Shown: in pieces, positions 25,900-40,090 of the stretch
Position numbering within the stretch: the first letter of the stretch is position 1
Layout of the letters: the number at the start of each line of letters is the position of its first letter
From: Schmidtea polychroa
Lineage: Eukaryota
Length of the DNA: 64,000 bases
NCBI GenBank assembly: GCA_044892525.1
Contig: CM097887.1
Span: 16,802,001-16,866,000, forward strand
Reading direction: 5' to 3'
Notes under the pieces: generated by a model
Seen by the model: the letters and a program-made list of their open reading frames with translations, nothing else
Told to the model about the DNA's origin: nothing
Database searches by the model: none
Program-made: the position numbers and the translations under genes

Positions 25900-28479
25900 A
25901 TAAGAAGTATGACTTGAAAGTGTAAGTTATCATACAGGTAAGCACAATTGAGTGAGACATGTGACATAGGTAATAAGAAATTACAGAGTGATCAACACAC
26001 TTCTAAAGTAGCGGCTCTGGAAAAAAGTTTAGGACATATTTCCAATAAAATTATCATAAAATTATCAACCAATTGACAACCGACAAATCATAATAAGACA
26101 ATTACCACAAATAAAGATTATAAATACATAGTTAAGTTAGACGAGTTTTCTTTAATAGATGCAGAAACACAGTTACGATTATTCAAAATTCTATCCAGTA
26201 AGAAAATTATAATAATTAAAACAATAATAAGATGAAATTTTTAATTAATTTTTTATATCTCATTCTAATTAAGAATGTATTAAGTGACCAATTAATTTTT
26301 AGAATTTGGAATTTGGATTTTATATTGTCAATTTCAATTAGAATAGAAAATTACTTGTATAAAATAAAAAACTCATCATTTAGATTACTATTCAGTGCCA
26401 ATAAATATAATCTATTTTTACTGATGTTAAACAAAATAAACCTTTGCAGCAAAATGTATATTAAATGATGAAATATATATAACACAAGACTTATTTGTTT
26501 TATTTTAACCACTTAAACAATCACATTAAGATCTGATTAAGAATAACCGTTGAGCTTTTTAAAATGAAAAAAACAAAATCGCTAATGGGTAAAAAATAGG
26601 TCATTGGCACAAATCAATATTTATTCAAATATTCCTGTGCTCAATAACTGAGTGCAAGTGTAATATTTGAATATATTGATTGATTACCATTATTGGCAGG
26701 GGAAATATTAGGAAATAGACAGGGTTTCATATAAATGTCTGTCCAAAGGATAAATAAAATTATTTACAGCCTTATATTGATTAAAAGTATTATTAATTAG
26801 AATCTTGAGGGTTATACAAATAAAAAGCGAATTGCCAAATAATTCATGCATTTTATTCAAAAACAAATTAAAATAAAACTTTATTTATATGATAGAAATT
26901 CTCTTCTAACTACAGTGACATCTCGCTAATTCGAATAAATGAAAACTGTGCTCGTGCGGATTACCGAATTTCCACCAAAAGACAACAAAAACGAGCGTTT
27001 AAGACAAAAGCAAATATATACTAGTAGTGCATCAATTAATTTATGTATATGAATGAAGTATTTAACGAGAAAAACAACTGTACTGTGATGTAAAATTTTA
27101 AAAATGAATACATAGGTTTATGTTAGTAAGGAAAATTTAATTTGTATTCCATTGTAATGATGAGTGTAATCCATGAGCTCCTTATGCATGGACTATTATT
27201 CTATTGAGAAAATGATTGCCACTGCAAAATTAAGATTATAACGTGATACTTACAGGTGAGTGACAGCTCATGGTATTGGAAATAGTAAAACAAAGTGACG
27301 TAATTCGTATATGTATGTATGGAAAGGTTAAAATTTAGAGGCAATAGGAACCTATACTTCTTTTCTTTTTAACTGTAAAGGAACACAAGCAGTATTAACA
27401 AAGCACTGTACTAGAACACTGGAGGACTTGGACTAAAGAGATATTTTATTAGCTAGACACACTATAGTAACAAATAAAACCCTTTCAGAGCAAGCTATTC
27501 ATTCATGAGAAAAATATATTTAGAAATTGACTTTGACTTCACAAGCATCCTGAAACCTTTGCAACTTGTGGGAATGATTATCATTGAAAAAAGATCCAAC
27601 TCAAACACAATGGAAAAATCTTCAGTAATTGATTAATTCTTATTTACGGATAAAAATGGGTTAATCTTACATGCATATCATTATTATAGTTCAGTTAATT
27701 GATTTATACATCTAATATTTAATTTAGTTATATTTACTAGGAGGCTTTGAAAAACAATTTCAATATGATGGAAAAAATTCCAAATTCAACCGCAAAGATT
27801 GAAAGCACTAATAGCAGCAGAGGACAATAAACAAAAACAAGAGATATTATCCATATCTGCAATTTCGAAATATTTGGTCAAATTCATAAAAGAACCGAGA
27901 GAAACAAACTAGCGACCAAATCAACTGCGAGAGTTGTCTTCTTAATCCAAGCTATTATATATGAAGATTCATTCGGTGCATTATAAGAATTACAATTGAA
28001 GATATTAACAGTACAGATAATAAATATGTTTGCTTACGGTAATAAACAATTTAATAAGGGAATTTAATTACACTTTTCAATTAATAGTAATCGTTTTAGA
28101 CAGGTGCAACAGTGAGGTCATAACTATGTTAGGGATGTTACCAGATTAATGTCAATGGGTTCCGTTATTTATTAGAATGTATTTGTCTATGAAATTGGTC
28201 TAGTTTTACTTCATTCATTAGCAAATTTGAATGTCATAGAATAATTTTGAAATAGAAATCTATTGAAAGACATTCTGGAGAGGATAGACCATCTTTTATC
28301 ACTTTTATTTATAACATTAGTCAATTTCAAATATATAGATATCAATATTATTTTGTTTATAATAATGGTTTACGGGAAAGTTTTAATTGGATTAAGTTTA
28401 GTGGGAGGCTATTGGGGAAAAAACAATTGCAAAACGTACGTTTGTTTGTCATCAAAGTTATTATTTTAAATCAATTATT

Positions 28480-28600
28480 TAATCAATTATTAAAACAATT
28501 ATTTAATTAATTATTTAATCAATTATTAAAACAATTATTTAATTAATTATTAAATCAATTATTAAAACAATTATTTAATCAATTATTAAATTGATTATTG
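28480..28600. repeat. Short AT-rich tandem repeat (AATCAATTATT/AAACAATTATT units)
   Basis: Direct reading. Confidence 0.85.
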
Positions 28601-28749
28601 AATTATTAAATTTTTCTTTCATTTCTATTTCCAATTTCATTTTTATGTTTAAAATATACATTCGGTGTTTTCAGACTTTGTTTTTAACATTTTAATGATC
28701 ATTTCGACAAAATAATCTAAAAAGGAGGAAAATAGTCAAATTGAAGAAC

Positions 28750-28880
28750 AATGTGACAATAAATATGTCACAAGGACAAAGTTTTTAACATGTTGGAATC
28801 CATTTACCTAATCCAGTGTTTAGTCATGGTCAATTATAATTGGCTTGTTCACGAGGTCGGAAGCGCGAAACCATTAAAGA
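28750..28880 (+). mobile_element. Helitron Pif1-helicase C-terminal relic
   Basis: VTINMSQGQSF*HVGIHLPNPVFSHGQL*LACSR. Confidence 0.8.
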
Positions 28881-29239
28881 ATTCCGAAACAAGTCTCCAA
28901 GGAAAACTTTTTGAACGATTGAAATTAAACAAATATATCCTGTATAAACTATCAAGAAATTTGCAACAAGGGAAAACACGAAATTATCACCATCATCCTG
29001 AAAATGTGATCGAGACATGAGAATGATAGCTTATTTTGAAGGTATCGGTAATAAATGACAAACTCTGTAAGTTTCCGCTTCAAATAGATCGAATGCAACA
29101 GGGTTTTATACATTTTATTCCTTTTAAAAAAATGACCTCAAAACATCTTTTTCAATCTTGTGTTTTTAGAATATTTCACGGATTGCAATTTGCAACAAGT
29201 ATAAAGAGTTTACCAATAGGAACAATGTGACTTTAAAAT

Positions 29240-30460
29240 GTCATAACAACCATATTTACAATGTTATAAATATCACTAGTTGTCATTTGTTTTGAGTATA
29301 CCTTGATAATTTACCATTGCTGCTGCATCACGAAAGAATCACGATGAAAATTAGCAAAATTTAACCTGAATATGCATTCCATTTGAATAATGATTATGAT
29401 TTAAGTGGGAAATTGGATCAGGAAGAAAGAGAAAAGGGCTATGATTGTCGAGAGAAAGCTGTAATAGAAGATCTTGAGTATATCTGAAGAAACAAACATT
29501 CCAACAGTCAGTGTTCACAGAATTATCAAAACATAGAGAAGAAATTTCGGTTGTTAAGTGATGATCAAAAAGTAAAGACTGAATTGTACATTATTAACGA
29601 AATGAATGCGTTGACAATGATAAAATGAAGTTTGTATTGCATCCTTTCACTTATGAACGATATCACGACGATATTCCGAGAAAGAAATGTCTATTAAACA
29701 GTAAAAGAAATTCTCCGAGCACCCTAATAATTGAATGGAGAAAGTATCATCGTTGAAAACAAAGAGTCATTCTTTTTAACATTTAGAAAATCGGTGAAAC
29801 GTATAAAAGAGAAGTTCAACATTGTAATCTACCTAAAATAATAGATAATGAGTTTGTATTAGAAATTGAGTATGTAGAAAGATTTAGAATTACGAATAAG
29901 GATAATATGAATGAAACCATGCTGGGAATTGCATGATTTAATGAGCATGATATATGCAGAAAATGGAAGGTCTGTCATAGACATATAGCTAAATCAATAG
30001 AAGATTTTGATTACTCTTCAATCCATTCCGCCTTAAAGAAAATCTTGATATTATGTGTAAGCACTTGCAAAACTCAACCAGAAACACGGGCACACATATT
30101 TAATCATTGCCTAAATAGAATAAATGTCAGAAGAACTAAACATTCAAATGTTTTAAAGGTTGTTGGAGAATATCTAATATCAATAGGTATAAATGTAGAT
30201 ATTGAAATGCCTCCAGAATGAATTGAATCAACAACACTCCAACCAGATCTACTGATAAAGCCTCAAAGAAATAACTTATTCCATATTCTTGACCTTAAAG
30301 TTCCATATGATAGTGAAAACTTCTATGGATATAAGATTTTGAATTGGAAAGTTAAATAGCTGTAAAACAACGATCTCAGCAAGAGTAATTGGAACACTGG
30401 GATCATGGGACCAGCCAAATGACTCAATATTATCAAAAATTGGTCTCTCAAAAGCAAAAA
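29240..30460 (+). mobile_element. Degenerate RLE-type non-LTR retrotransposon 3' half (NeSL/R2-like)
   Basis: Zinc knuckle (CK)..CKTQPETRAHIFNHC, then PDLLIK and ILDLKVPYD endonuclease motifs; many stops. Confidence 0.6.
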
Positions 30461-32507
30461 TTAAACAGCAAAAGCTGTAGCTATATCCAGTTACCATATT
30501 TATAGACAGCATATAAGCAGCTAATTTTTTTAGTACTATCAGAAACTTTCTAAGCAGAATATGTTTTATTCAATGTTACAAAATATATAAAATGGAAAGA
30601 TGGAGCCTGAGCTCTGTTTTATAGCTGTTTATTGTAGTGAAATAAACTGTTATTTTTCCACGCCAATTGCAAAACTGGACAATGAACATGATTTGGTGAA
30701 TTAATAGGATTCAGAAAGATATTGCAAATCATAATAAAGAGATATTTACAGCGTTAATTGCACAAGGAATGATGAATATGCTTACGAATCGTTAACCAAT
30801 GAAGCTTTCCTATTTTCCTGTATTATTGCACTAATGTGATTATCTAAGTGGAATGATTTCAGTGAAAATCGTGTCTTTATAATCTACGGGCATAAAAACT
30901 AACGTCCTCTTTCAACAACGACTCCGGAAACTTCGAACTCATTGGTCTCATTAAAGCTACGTCTGGTTCAAGAGATTATTAAAGCTAAATTTTTTTAATT
31001 TCAAGCTTCTATATTGTAGTATTTTCTTACCGAATGAAACTTAACAGAAGATGAAGCTCGTTAATGGAATTATCTTAATTAGCCAATCACATTAGTTAAA
31101 GTTTATCTTTCCAATAACTTTAGAACGACGCTTATTTTCAATCCGCCCGGCTTTCCAATGATGCTTACAGTCCCTCTATTTATTTTAATTGAGAATTTGA
31201 ATATATTAAAGAGCAATATTTAAGAGCGTGTTACTCTTAACCCCTCCTACGTATTTCTATGTTGTTTACATTATCCAATGCACTTGGCTAAGATTATCGA
31301 TAACAACAGTTCCGATAATGGTTTTCATTTCATTTATATACTTCTCTAATAAATGTTTTACGTTCATTAATTTATATATAGCATATAGTTAAAGTTTAAA
31401 TTATTTCAAATATATTTGAAAAAAAGAAATTCCAAATTCATTTTTAAATCAATTTTATAACCAGTACAAACATTAATGAAAGCATATCAAACTGAGTTAT
31501 CATAGCAAAGAATTAAATAGCATAAAATACAATGATGTCTTTTTATAGGTCATAATACGAGGTTTATTTATTACATTTTTTAATATAAGTTACGAAATAT
31601 TATTATTATAAAATTATTGAGTAAGCATATATTTAGATAATATGAAAACAATAGCATTAATTAAGGATATTGGAATTGTATATATTTCAACAAAATTCTC
31701 ACCTGGATAATTCATAACTGGCTAAAATAAAAACCGATTAAGAGATTATGTAAATAAAATGAGTATAATATATTTCAATAAAATACAAATTCGATAAAAT
31801 CAAATCAAAATTTACCTGTTGATAAAATCCTTGATTTATGCTCTAAAATATGAGAAATTAAATTATTATAACGTTATATAATAACGTACATTGATATTTT
31901 GCGATGGTTGAGAAATATTACTAAAAATAATTACATTAAAAATATTAGATCAATCAGTTATAATGAAATTTTAATAAAAATCTGCAATAAAGGAATAAAG
32001 ATTTAAATTTAATTTACTCGTATTTTTGAGGCGGAGCACTATAATTCATGTCAAAATTGAAACGTTAATACATTTTATCACACTAGCATATTTTAGTTTT
32101 ATGGAAGTAAAAATTATTTACTGTAGCTAAACAAAGCAAAAACAATATTTAATAATTACAAATTCAAATTTCAAAATAATGAGAATTGATTTTAAAAACA
32201 AAAGTAATTTCACGGCAACATTTAATTTACGATTTTTTGGAATACCACAATTAAATTGAAATTATGCATTTTAAATTGATCAAAACCCAATGGTAAAAAA
32301 TACATCTTTTTGTATAGAGATGCTTTTCGCTAATTCTTTATAATTAGAAATGATTTTGAAATAATTAAAAAATTTTTATAAACTTATTTATTTTATTTAC
32401 TTAAATTTATTAAAATATTAAAAAAAAATTCTGTTCGGAATATTATTTCTATATAGTTAAATTTTAAACATATATAATATTTGATAGTTGTTTTTGTTTT
32501 AATAATA

Positions 32508-33785
32508 CAGTGAAACCTCTCTAATAGGACCACCCTTGGTTCCGGACCAAAAGTGGTCTTTACTAGAGGTGGTCCTATTAGAAAGGGTTTTATTTTTATA
32601 AAGAAAACTAGACTTAAATTGAAGATTTTATTATAAAAGCTCATCTAATGTTGTTTGTCTCTTCGATTTGGCTTCACTGTTATCAAAAACTACAAAAACT
32701 ACTTTTGTTCAGCTTGAAACATTATGTCAACTAATTTATTGTCACCCAGTTCCATTCCAAGATTCTTAATCTGCTGAATATAAGATAAAGATGTTTTTAA
32801 ATCAATTTTTGGTAAATCAGATTCTTCTTCGTTTGGTTCAGAAACCTCACTTGATGCATCATCCAAACTAGTGTAAGAAGAAATCAGTTTTTCTTCCCAG
32901 TCACTCTCAAAACAGTTTTGTTCAAGAGAAATGTCAAGCTCACTAAGGTCAAAGTCGAAATCAAGCTTCTTAGCTAAATCTGTTACGTCTTGTTCGATCT
33001 CAGTTATAATATCTGGTTTAACCGTGATATCCGAGCAGAACCCACATTTTTTAAAACAGCTCTCAACTGTTGACGGCTTAACAGTATTCCAAGACTCCTT
33101 TACAAACTCAACAACATTAGAGAGATTGATTTTTTTCAACAACTCTTCTACATTGGCAGTTGTTTCATAAAACGACAATAATGAAGAGAGCATTCTTTTT
33201 TGATATTCCAGCTTGAAAGATCTAATTATACCTTGGTCTAAATGCTGAGATTTGCTGGTAGTATTTGCAGGAAGAAATGAACTTGGTACACTTGGTACAT
33301 CGAACTTGGTACACCATTCCTTGAAAATTGTACTGGTCATCCAAGCCTTTCAATTTGCATGCCATTCAACACCCATTTTAGACATATCGATGTTTTTGAA
33401 GCACCTAGGCCTTAAAGATTTATTAATTATGACCGGTGGCTCTTTTTCTCCCAACATATTAACACAAAGCATGATTGTTATTCTTTGTTTGGATTTTTTA
33501 CTTCCATATGTTTTTTCTCCAGCACGACCCAAAGATTTCCCTGGCAACATTTTATAGAATAAAGCAGTCTCATCTATGTTGTAGATATCTTTCTTTTCAT
33601 AGTTTGTAATAACATCTGGGATTTTCGAAAACCAATCTGAAAAGTGGTTTTAACGAGAGGGGTGGTCCTATTATGGAGGGTTATTTGTCCCAGTAAACTA
33701 CTGTGTAAATTTGGTTCCGAAGAAATAGAGGTCTTAACTAGAGGTGGTCTCTTTAGGGAGGTGGTCTTAAGTAGAGGTTTTACTG
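32508..33785 (-). mobile_element. pogo/Tigger-like transposon, internally deleted
   Basis: TA|CAGTGAAACCTCT...AGAGGTTTTACTG|TA; frameshifted DDE_1 transposase (33620-33350, 33340-32699: DETALFY, RITIMLCVN, WHAN*KAWMT, QHLDQGIIRSFK); N-terminal HTH missing. Confidence 0.9.
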
Positions 33786-34982
33786 TATATTTTTTAGAAA
33801 CGCCTTATGAATAAAGTATAATTTGTATCAGTTTATCTGCTTCATTGGCGGCTGCTTCCTTGAGACAGGTAAAATAGTACTGGTTTTAGATACAGGTCAT
33901 TATTGTGAGCACACCAGCGTCCGCCCTGTCTACGTAAAAACACAAACAAGCGTAATTAGAGATTAAGTAAAACTTTCTCTTTGGTAGAATTAATAACAGG
34001 TACACAAGTTTATGTTAGTACTGAGAAAATTTGATAATATAATTACCTGAAATTTATAAGTTTAGAACAATGCAAAAAGACTCTGAGCTTAATATGTACA
34101 CTAATCTCCATTTTTTGAAGTAGAACCATTAGGATGACATAAAAATACTACTACATCGTAATCCATAACTAACCGATAGCATTAAGCAAAATGATCTAAT
34201 ATGATTTACTTTTCGTTCGATCATGACATCTCGAAAAATTAGAATCCTATCTTTTCCGAACATAGAAAAAGGTGGCGCTAGATTCGAATAAATATGTTTT
34301 ATCTAAGATCATTGTCAAAAACATGCGAGTCAGTTTAATGAATGCTGCTGAAGAAGCGAATTATGAGTTGACTCAATCAATGTAAAAGCCCTAATAATAG
34401 TCCCATGCTAGTGGCCAATGCGGATCGAAAACCTGCTACATCGACATGGAGCGTTGACGTGGATACAATAGGAAACGCAATATGAGTCTCTACGTCCAAG
34501 AACCAAGCATCCAGCATCAGAGAAAAGAAAGCTACGACACGAGATTCTATCGAAAACTTTTTTGAGATTCGGGTATTGAGCGTCAAATTTATACTAATAG
34601 ATATTCTAAAGTTAGAATGAAAACTATTCATCACCAATTGTAACGAGGCAAACAAAATAAATCACTCAAGTATATAAACCGTTTGACGCGGAATTTGGTC
34701 AATAATATCGGTGACGTTGGCCCACAATATTAAATTTTAAGAAAATAAATTTAAAAAAGTACATTAGTAATTTAATAAACATATTTATTATAATAATAAA
34801 AGTTTTGTTAATAATTGCAACAAAAATTAATTAAATAAATAATTAATTAAATTTTATTAATTAAACAATTTTTTTTAATATTTCACTTTTTTCTGTGATT
34901 ATATCCCTTACTCTATTATTGTCAATGTAATTTGAGTATCTTTTTCATACGCGATGATTAAAATGCTTCCAAATGTGTTTGA

Positions 34983-36270
34983 CTAAAATAATTTCTGAGT
35001 CGATTTACAATATATTTTAACTTTGAAAAATCTCTCACAAGATGCTTCTGTTGATGATAAAGTAATAATAAATTTGTACGCTAAAGGTAAATTTGAATAT
35101 GCTAGTGTAACCAGATAAAATTTTTGCAAAATTCTATAACAACATACAATACAATTTCTGCATGATTTGCATGATATTACTGTATTAATCTCTTCATCAT
35201 CTTCTTCATCACAAAAAAATTCACTTGTATCTTCTGCAAAAGTACCATTAAAAATTTCCCACTTGTTTTGAAAATCTATTAGTTCAGCCTTTAAAATTTC
35301 CTTCGTAATATTTTTATTTAATCTTTGATATATTAAATTGGTTAAAGGTTCAAAAATGTGACTAGATATATTAATACTTGAAATTTGTTGGAAATTATTT
35401 GGATCTAAATAGAATATGTCATTATAATGAGAATCAATTTTTAAAAATCGTTTATTCATGTTGCTGGTAAATGCATCCATTATAACATTATATACACTTA
35501 TACGAAATCAATCATTAGAATTATCCGTTTTATTTCCTTTATTTGTTTGACATAACATTGTTTCAATTTGAATTTCGATTTCTCTCTTGTCTAGTTCTTC
35601 TTTTGCAGTCAATGCAAAATTTACTGCTGCTTGATATACAGTATCAAAATCCCTTTGTATTTTAGAAAGATTTCCAGTCATATTTTCTACAACACCAAAT
35701 GCAATTGCAATATCCATACCTGATGTTTGTAAGTATGATGATCAATGTAATGTTTCTTCAAGTATTCGTAAATATATTTGAGCTGTTAAAATAATATCAT
35801 ATTATAGAAACGCGGTCAAAATAGTTTTTCCTCGAGGTCTAATTCCTTTGTTAAACTTTTCGGATTTAGAGATTTCAGAGAAAGTCTGCAGAACATCGAC
35901 GACAAATATAATTCCAGATCTACTATTAAATGTACCAAACATTTTTCTTAATGTCATATCTTTGACCCACTAACGTGTTTCTCCAATAGTAGAAGTAAAT
36001 TTAAATTTACTAAATTCTCGCCGTACGTTGAATCGTTTAGAAGCTTCTTTAAAAAATCCGCACATTTTATTTAAGATACCGAATAGCGAGATGGCTTCTT
36101 TTGTCAATCATTGAGTTAAATAGAAATAGAAAGAAGTTACAATTGTAAAAATTTAATTTAATTTCATTAAAAAAATAAAAAACTTGATTATATTTGTAGG
36201 CCCGTGGGGATTTTGGGCCGGCAGGCCCACCGGGATATCCCAGGTATCCCGGTGGGCCAGTCTAGCATTG
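34983..36270 (-). mobile_element. hAT transposon relic with left TIR
   Basis: TIR-like CAATGCTAGACTGG at 36270, 14-bp subterminal palindrome GGCCCACCGGGATA/TATCCCGGTGGGCC; GETR*W motif and dimerisation motif LSSTEASCERFF. Confidence 0.75.
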
Positions 36271-36971
36271 ATGTGAATGTAAATGTAATTATAAGATAAA
36301 ACATACTCCGACCACACACTACAATACATCCGTGATGATCGATAAATGACACTAATAAATAACACGAGGAGGAATACTTACAGATAACATTAGAGATCAA
36401 TACATGAGTCAATTATCACTATGGGTATCACGCAATTTTTCATAAAAAGATGAAAGATTATGATATTTTTATTGAACAAAATAAATTTTTAACTCTTAAA
36501 TTTATTATCCATAGACAAGGAGCTCAATGTTTAAATTTACTAAAGAAATTTAATTTTTATATTTTAAAACACCTAATAAAATAGGACAGTAAATTATTCA
36601 TTTAGAACTATAATTATATATTTTATGTAAATTATATATAAATTATATATAAAACCCAATTAACAATGAATTAATTTTATGTTCAAATTTATAAAATTTA
36701 TAAATTAAAATCCGTTTTTTCATATTGTGTTTTAGCGTTTAAATAAAATACGTTCTAATATAACGGGTAATTTGATTTCAATGACAACTAAATATATTTT
36801 GACCTAGATGTAATGTTAATATTAACTTTTGTTTCATTTATCAAAATAAAATTGAATTTGCTCTATAAAATATTAAATAAAAATAAAATTTTTTGAAGTA
36901 ATATAAGTAGATAATAATTGAGCTAGATTATCTCAATGTCATTTGTCACAACTTTCTAGAAATGAAGCACA

Positions 36972-37327
<356 letters not shown>

Positions 37328-37778
37328 TAAAAACTGACAATTTTCTTAATTAAACTACTCATTAATTACAAATTATATTTTAATTGAAATTAATTAATTA
37401 TTGTTTAATAAATTGGTTTGCATTGAAAAATAATTTTTTCTATAAATTTATTAATGATTTAACTAAGAGATTTTTTTAAATTTTGTATATAAATTTTTAT
37501 ATTGATAAAGTGTCCATAAAAGTTATTATTATTTTATTTAATTATATATTAAATTTTAATCTAAAAAATCAACTTATTGTGGGCAAGGAGGAAATGGGAG
37601 TTTTGGAGGTGTATATAAGGTTTAAATGTAAGAAATGGTAATTAGTTTAATAATTAATAAAAAGAAATCAAATGCGTCGAATGCTTAAAACTGTCTTTAA
37701 AACGACCAAATCTCGCGGTTGCCATAAAAATTGTTGCCGGATTATCTAACCACAATAAAAGTGCCCTACATATCCTGG

Positions 37779-37846
37779 AAGTGGAAGGGGAAGGGGAGGG
37801 GGGGAGAGGGGGAGGGGGGGGGGGGAGTTCCTCTATATCCGGCCGG
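37779..37846 (+). other. G-rich tract with G-quadruplex potential
   Basis: More than four G>=3 runs, including a long uninterrupted G run, in AT-rich surroundings. Confidence 0.6.
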
Positions 37847-38348
37847 TTCACATATATGGATCAAGGCGAAAAGTGGGAAACAAATTCAAATCTCCACTAT
37901 GGAATTATGAAGCAGATTGAAATATATAATATTTAGTACAACATATTATCAAGGCGGTATATCAGGATAAAACTGAAAAGAGTATGAAGAAGCAATGTCA
38001 CTGTAGGCATTCCTTGTCAAATGATTGGATAATTGAAAACGGAACTGAGCGATATACATTGCAGGGTTCTCTCGGGTATAATTGATCAACTATTTTTAGG
38101 CAAGATGATATTACCTGCTCTTCTATCTCAATTTAATCCGCTAGGCTTATTCTTTGGTATAATGAATTAATCTCGTATCTGCCATTTATTGATTCTATAA
38201 TCTTCGTTTAATAAGCTAACTGATTACCGCATTTTTACTACTGTGAACACGTCATGCGCTAATGGACCGAGCACAGACCAAGCGGCAGGTTTCATTATAC
38301 CTGAAACCTGTAAAGGATGTTACTCAGAACTTTTTGATTTATTATATT

Positions 38349-39148
38349 NNNNNNNNNNNNNNNNNNNNNNNNNNNNNNNNNNNNNNNNNNNNNNNNNNNN
38401 NNNNNNNNNNNNNNNNNNNNNNNNNNNNNNNNNNNNNNNNNNNNNNNNNNNNNNNNNNNNNNNNNNNNNNNNNNNNNNNNNNNNNNNNNNNNNNNNNNNN
38501 NNNNNNNNNNNNNNNNNNNNNNNNNNNNNNNNNNNNNNNNNNNNNNNNNNNNNNNNNNNNNNNNNNNNNNNNNNNNNNNNNNNNNNNNNNNNNNNNNNNN
38601 NNNNNNNNNNNNNNNNNNNNNNNNNNNNNNNNNNNNNNNNNNNNNNNNNNNNNNNNNNNNNNNNNNNNNNNNNNNNNNNNNNNNNNNNNNNNNNNNNNNN
38701 NNNNNNNNNNNNNNNNNNNNNNNNNNNNNNNNNNNNNNNNNNNNNNNNNNNNNNNNNNNNNNNNNNNNNNNNNNNNNNNNNNNNNNNNNNNNNNNNNNNN
38801 NNNNNNNNNNNNNNNNNNNNNNNNNNNNNNNNNNNNNNNNNNNNNNNNNNNNNNNNNNNNNNNNNNNNNNNNNNNNNNNNNNNNNNNNNNNNNNNNNNNN
38901 NNNNNNNNNNNNNNNNNNNNNNNNNNNNNNNNNNNNNNNNNNNNNNNNNNNNNNNNNNNNNNNNNNNNNNNNNNNNNNNNNNNNNNNNNNNNNNNNNNNN
39001 NNNNNNNNNNNNNNNNNNNNNNNNNNNNNNNNNNNNNNNNNNNNNNNNNNNNNNNNNNNNNNNNNNNNNNNNNNNNNNNNNNNNNNNNNNNNNNNNNNNN
39101 NNNNNNNNNNNNNNNNNNNNNNNNNNNNNNNNNNNNNNNNNNNNNNNN
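38349..39148. other. Largest N gap (others: 4279-4448, 5933-6081, 40597-40784, 44257-44532, 45454-45635)
   Basis: Direct reading. ORF-track entries spanning X runs are artefacts. Confidence 0.98.
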
Positions 39149-40090
39149 GAAATATTTTTTCTTTCCTCTGTTGGCTGACACTGCCGGAGATGTCCGCCCA
39201 ACGAGGATGTTCCACCAGGATCTAGATGTTCTTTAACTCTTTGGTGCAAGGTCCTGAGTGTACTTCCAATGTAGATTTCATTGCATACATTGCACGTGAT
39301 GCAATAGACGATGTTTTTTCTAAAGCACATATCTTTCGGTGTCTGGCAGTTATTCATTGTGCAATTGTTTTCTCTATTTATGTTGCCTGCCAGAGCCCTT
39401 CTCAATGTCCAAGATTTATGTGCTATCCGAATTGGAAGACCGGTACGTTTAAGTTCTTTCAGGATCTTGAAGTCGAGTATGTCACTGATGAATGGGATAT
39501 TCAGATAGAAATATTTCTGATTCTTTTGTGTTAATTCCCTAGATCTTCTTGGGGTAGAATTCATTCTTTCAATGTCCTCACCTTGGTATCCGTTTCGGTG
39601 TAGGATTTTATTGAAATTTGATTGTTCTTTAAAGTTTTCGTTTTTCTCCGTGCATCGATTGGCTATTCTTCGTTTCTCGTTTCTTATGACATGTACTTTC
39701 TGTAAGTATGGAAGCGCTGATCTTTGGTGCATAAACCGTATGTTGGAGTATTTCCTTCTATTTTGATTTTCAAATCCAATAAATTGAGGGATCCATCTTC
39801 TTCCGGATATTCGATTTGGAACTTAATATCTTGATGAGCCGCATTGAATGTATGAAATATTTCCTCCGCTTCTTTTCTGTTTTTGGTCGTGATGAAGATA
39901 TCATCTACATATCTTGCATAGAAACCGATGGGTTGTATGGTCCTCAGTGTCTGTCGTTCGAGGTTATCCATAAAAATGATTGCTAGCAGTCCTGATATGC
40001 TAGAACCCATAGGCAGACCTTTAACTTGTTTATAGATATTTTGTTCAAAGGTAAAATAGGTGTTCTCGAAAATAACAGTAAGTAGTTTGG
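39149..40090 (-). mobile_element. Penelope-like retroelement (RT C-terminal half plus GIY-YIG endonuclease), 5'-truncated
   Basis: YKQVKGLPMGSSISG...RYVDDIF...LNLLDL; after a deletion/frameshift near 39730, KNIVYCITCNVCNEIYIGSTLRTLHQRVKEH; 3' end lost in the gap. Confidence 0.92.

Noticed and set aside
33845-33935. GC-rich island with AGACAGG/CCTGTCT pairing
   Set aside because: Only short stems; no recognisable ribozyme or snoRNA consensus and no second copy for covariation.
34400-34640. Possible Gypsy integrase relic (WSVDVDTIG...)
   Set aside because: Similarity too weak to support a call.
38243-39236. Long ORFs spanning N runs (also at 4020, 5826, 40579, 44226, 45436)
   Set aside because: Artefacts of translating gaps as X.
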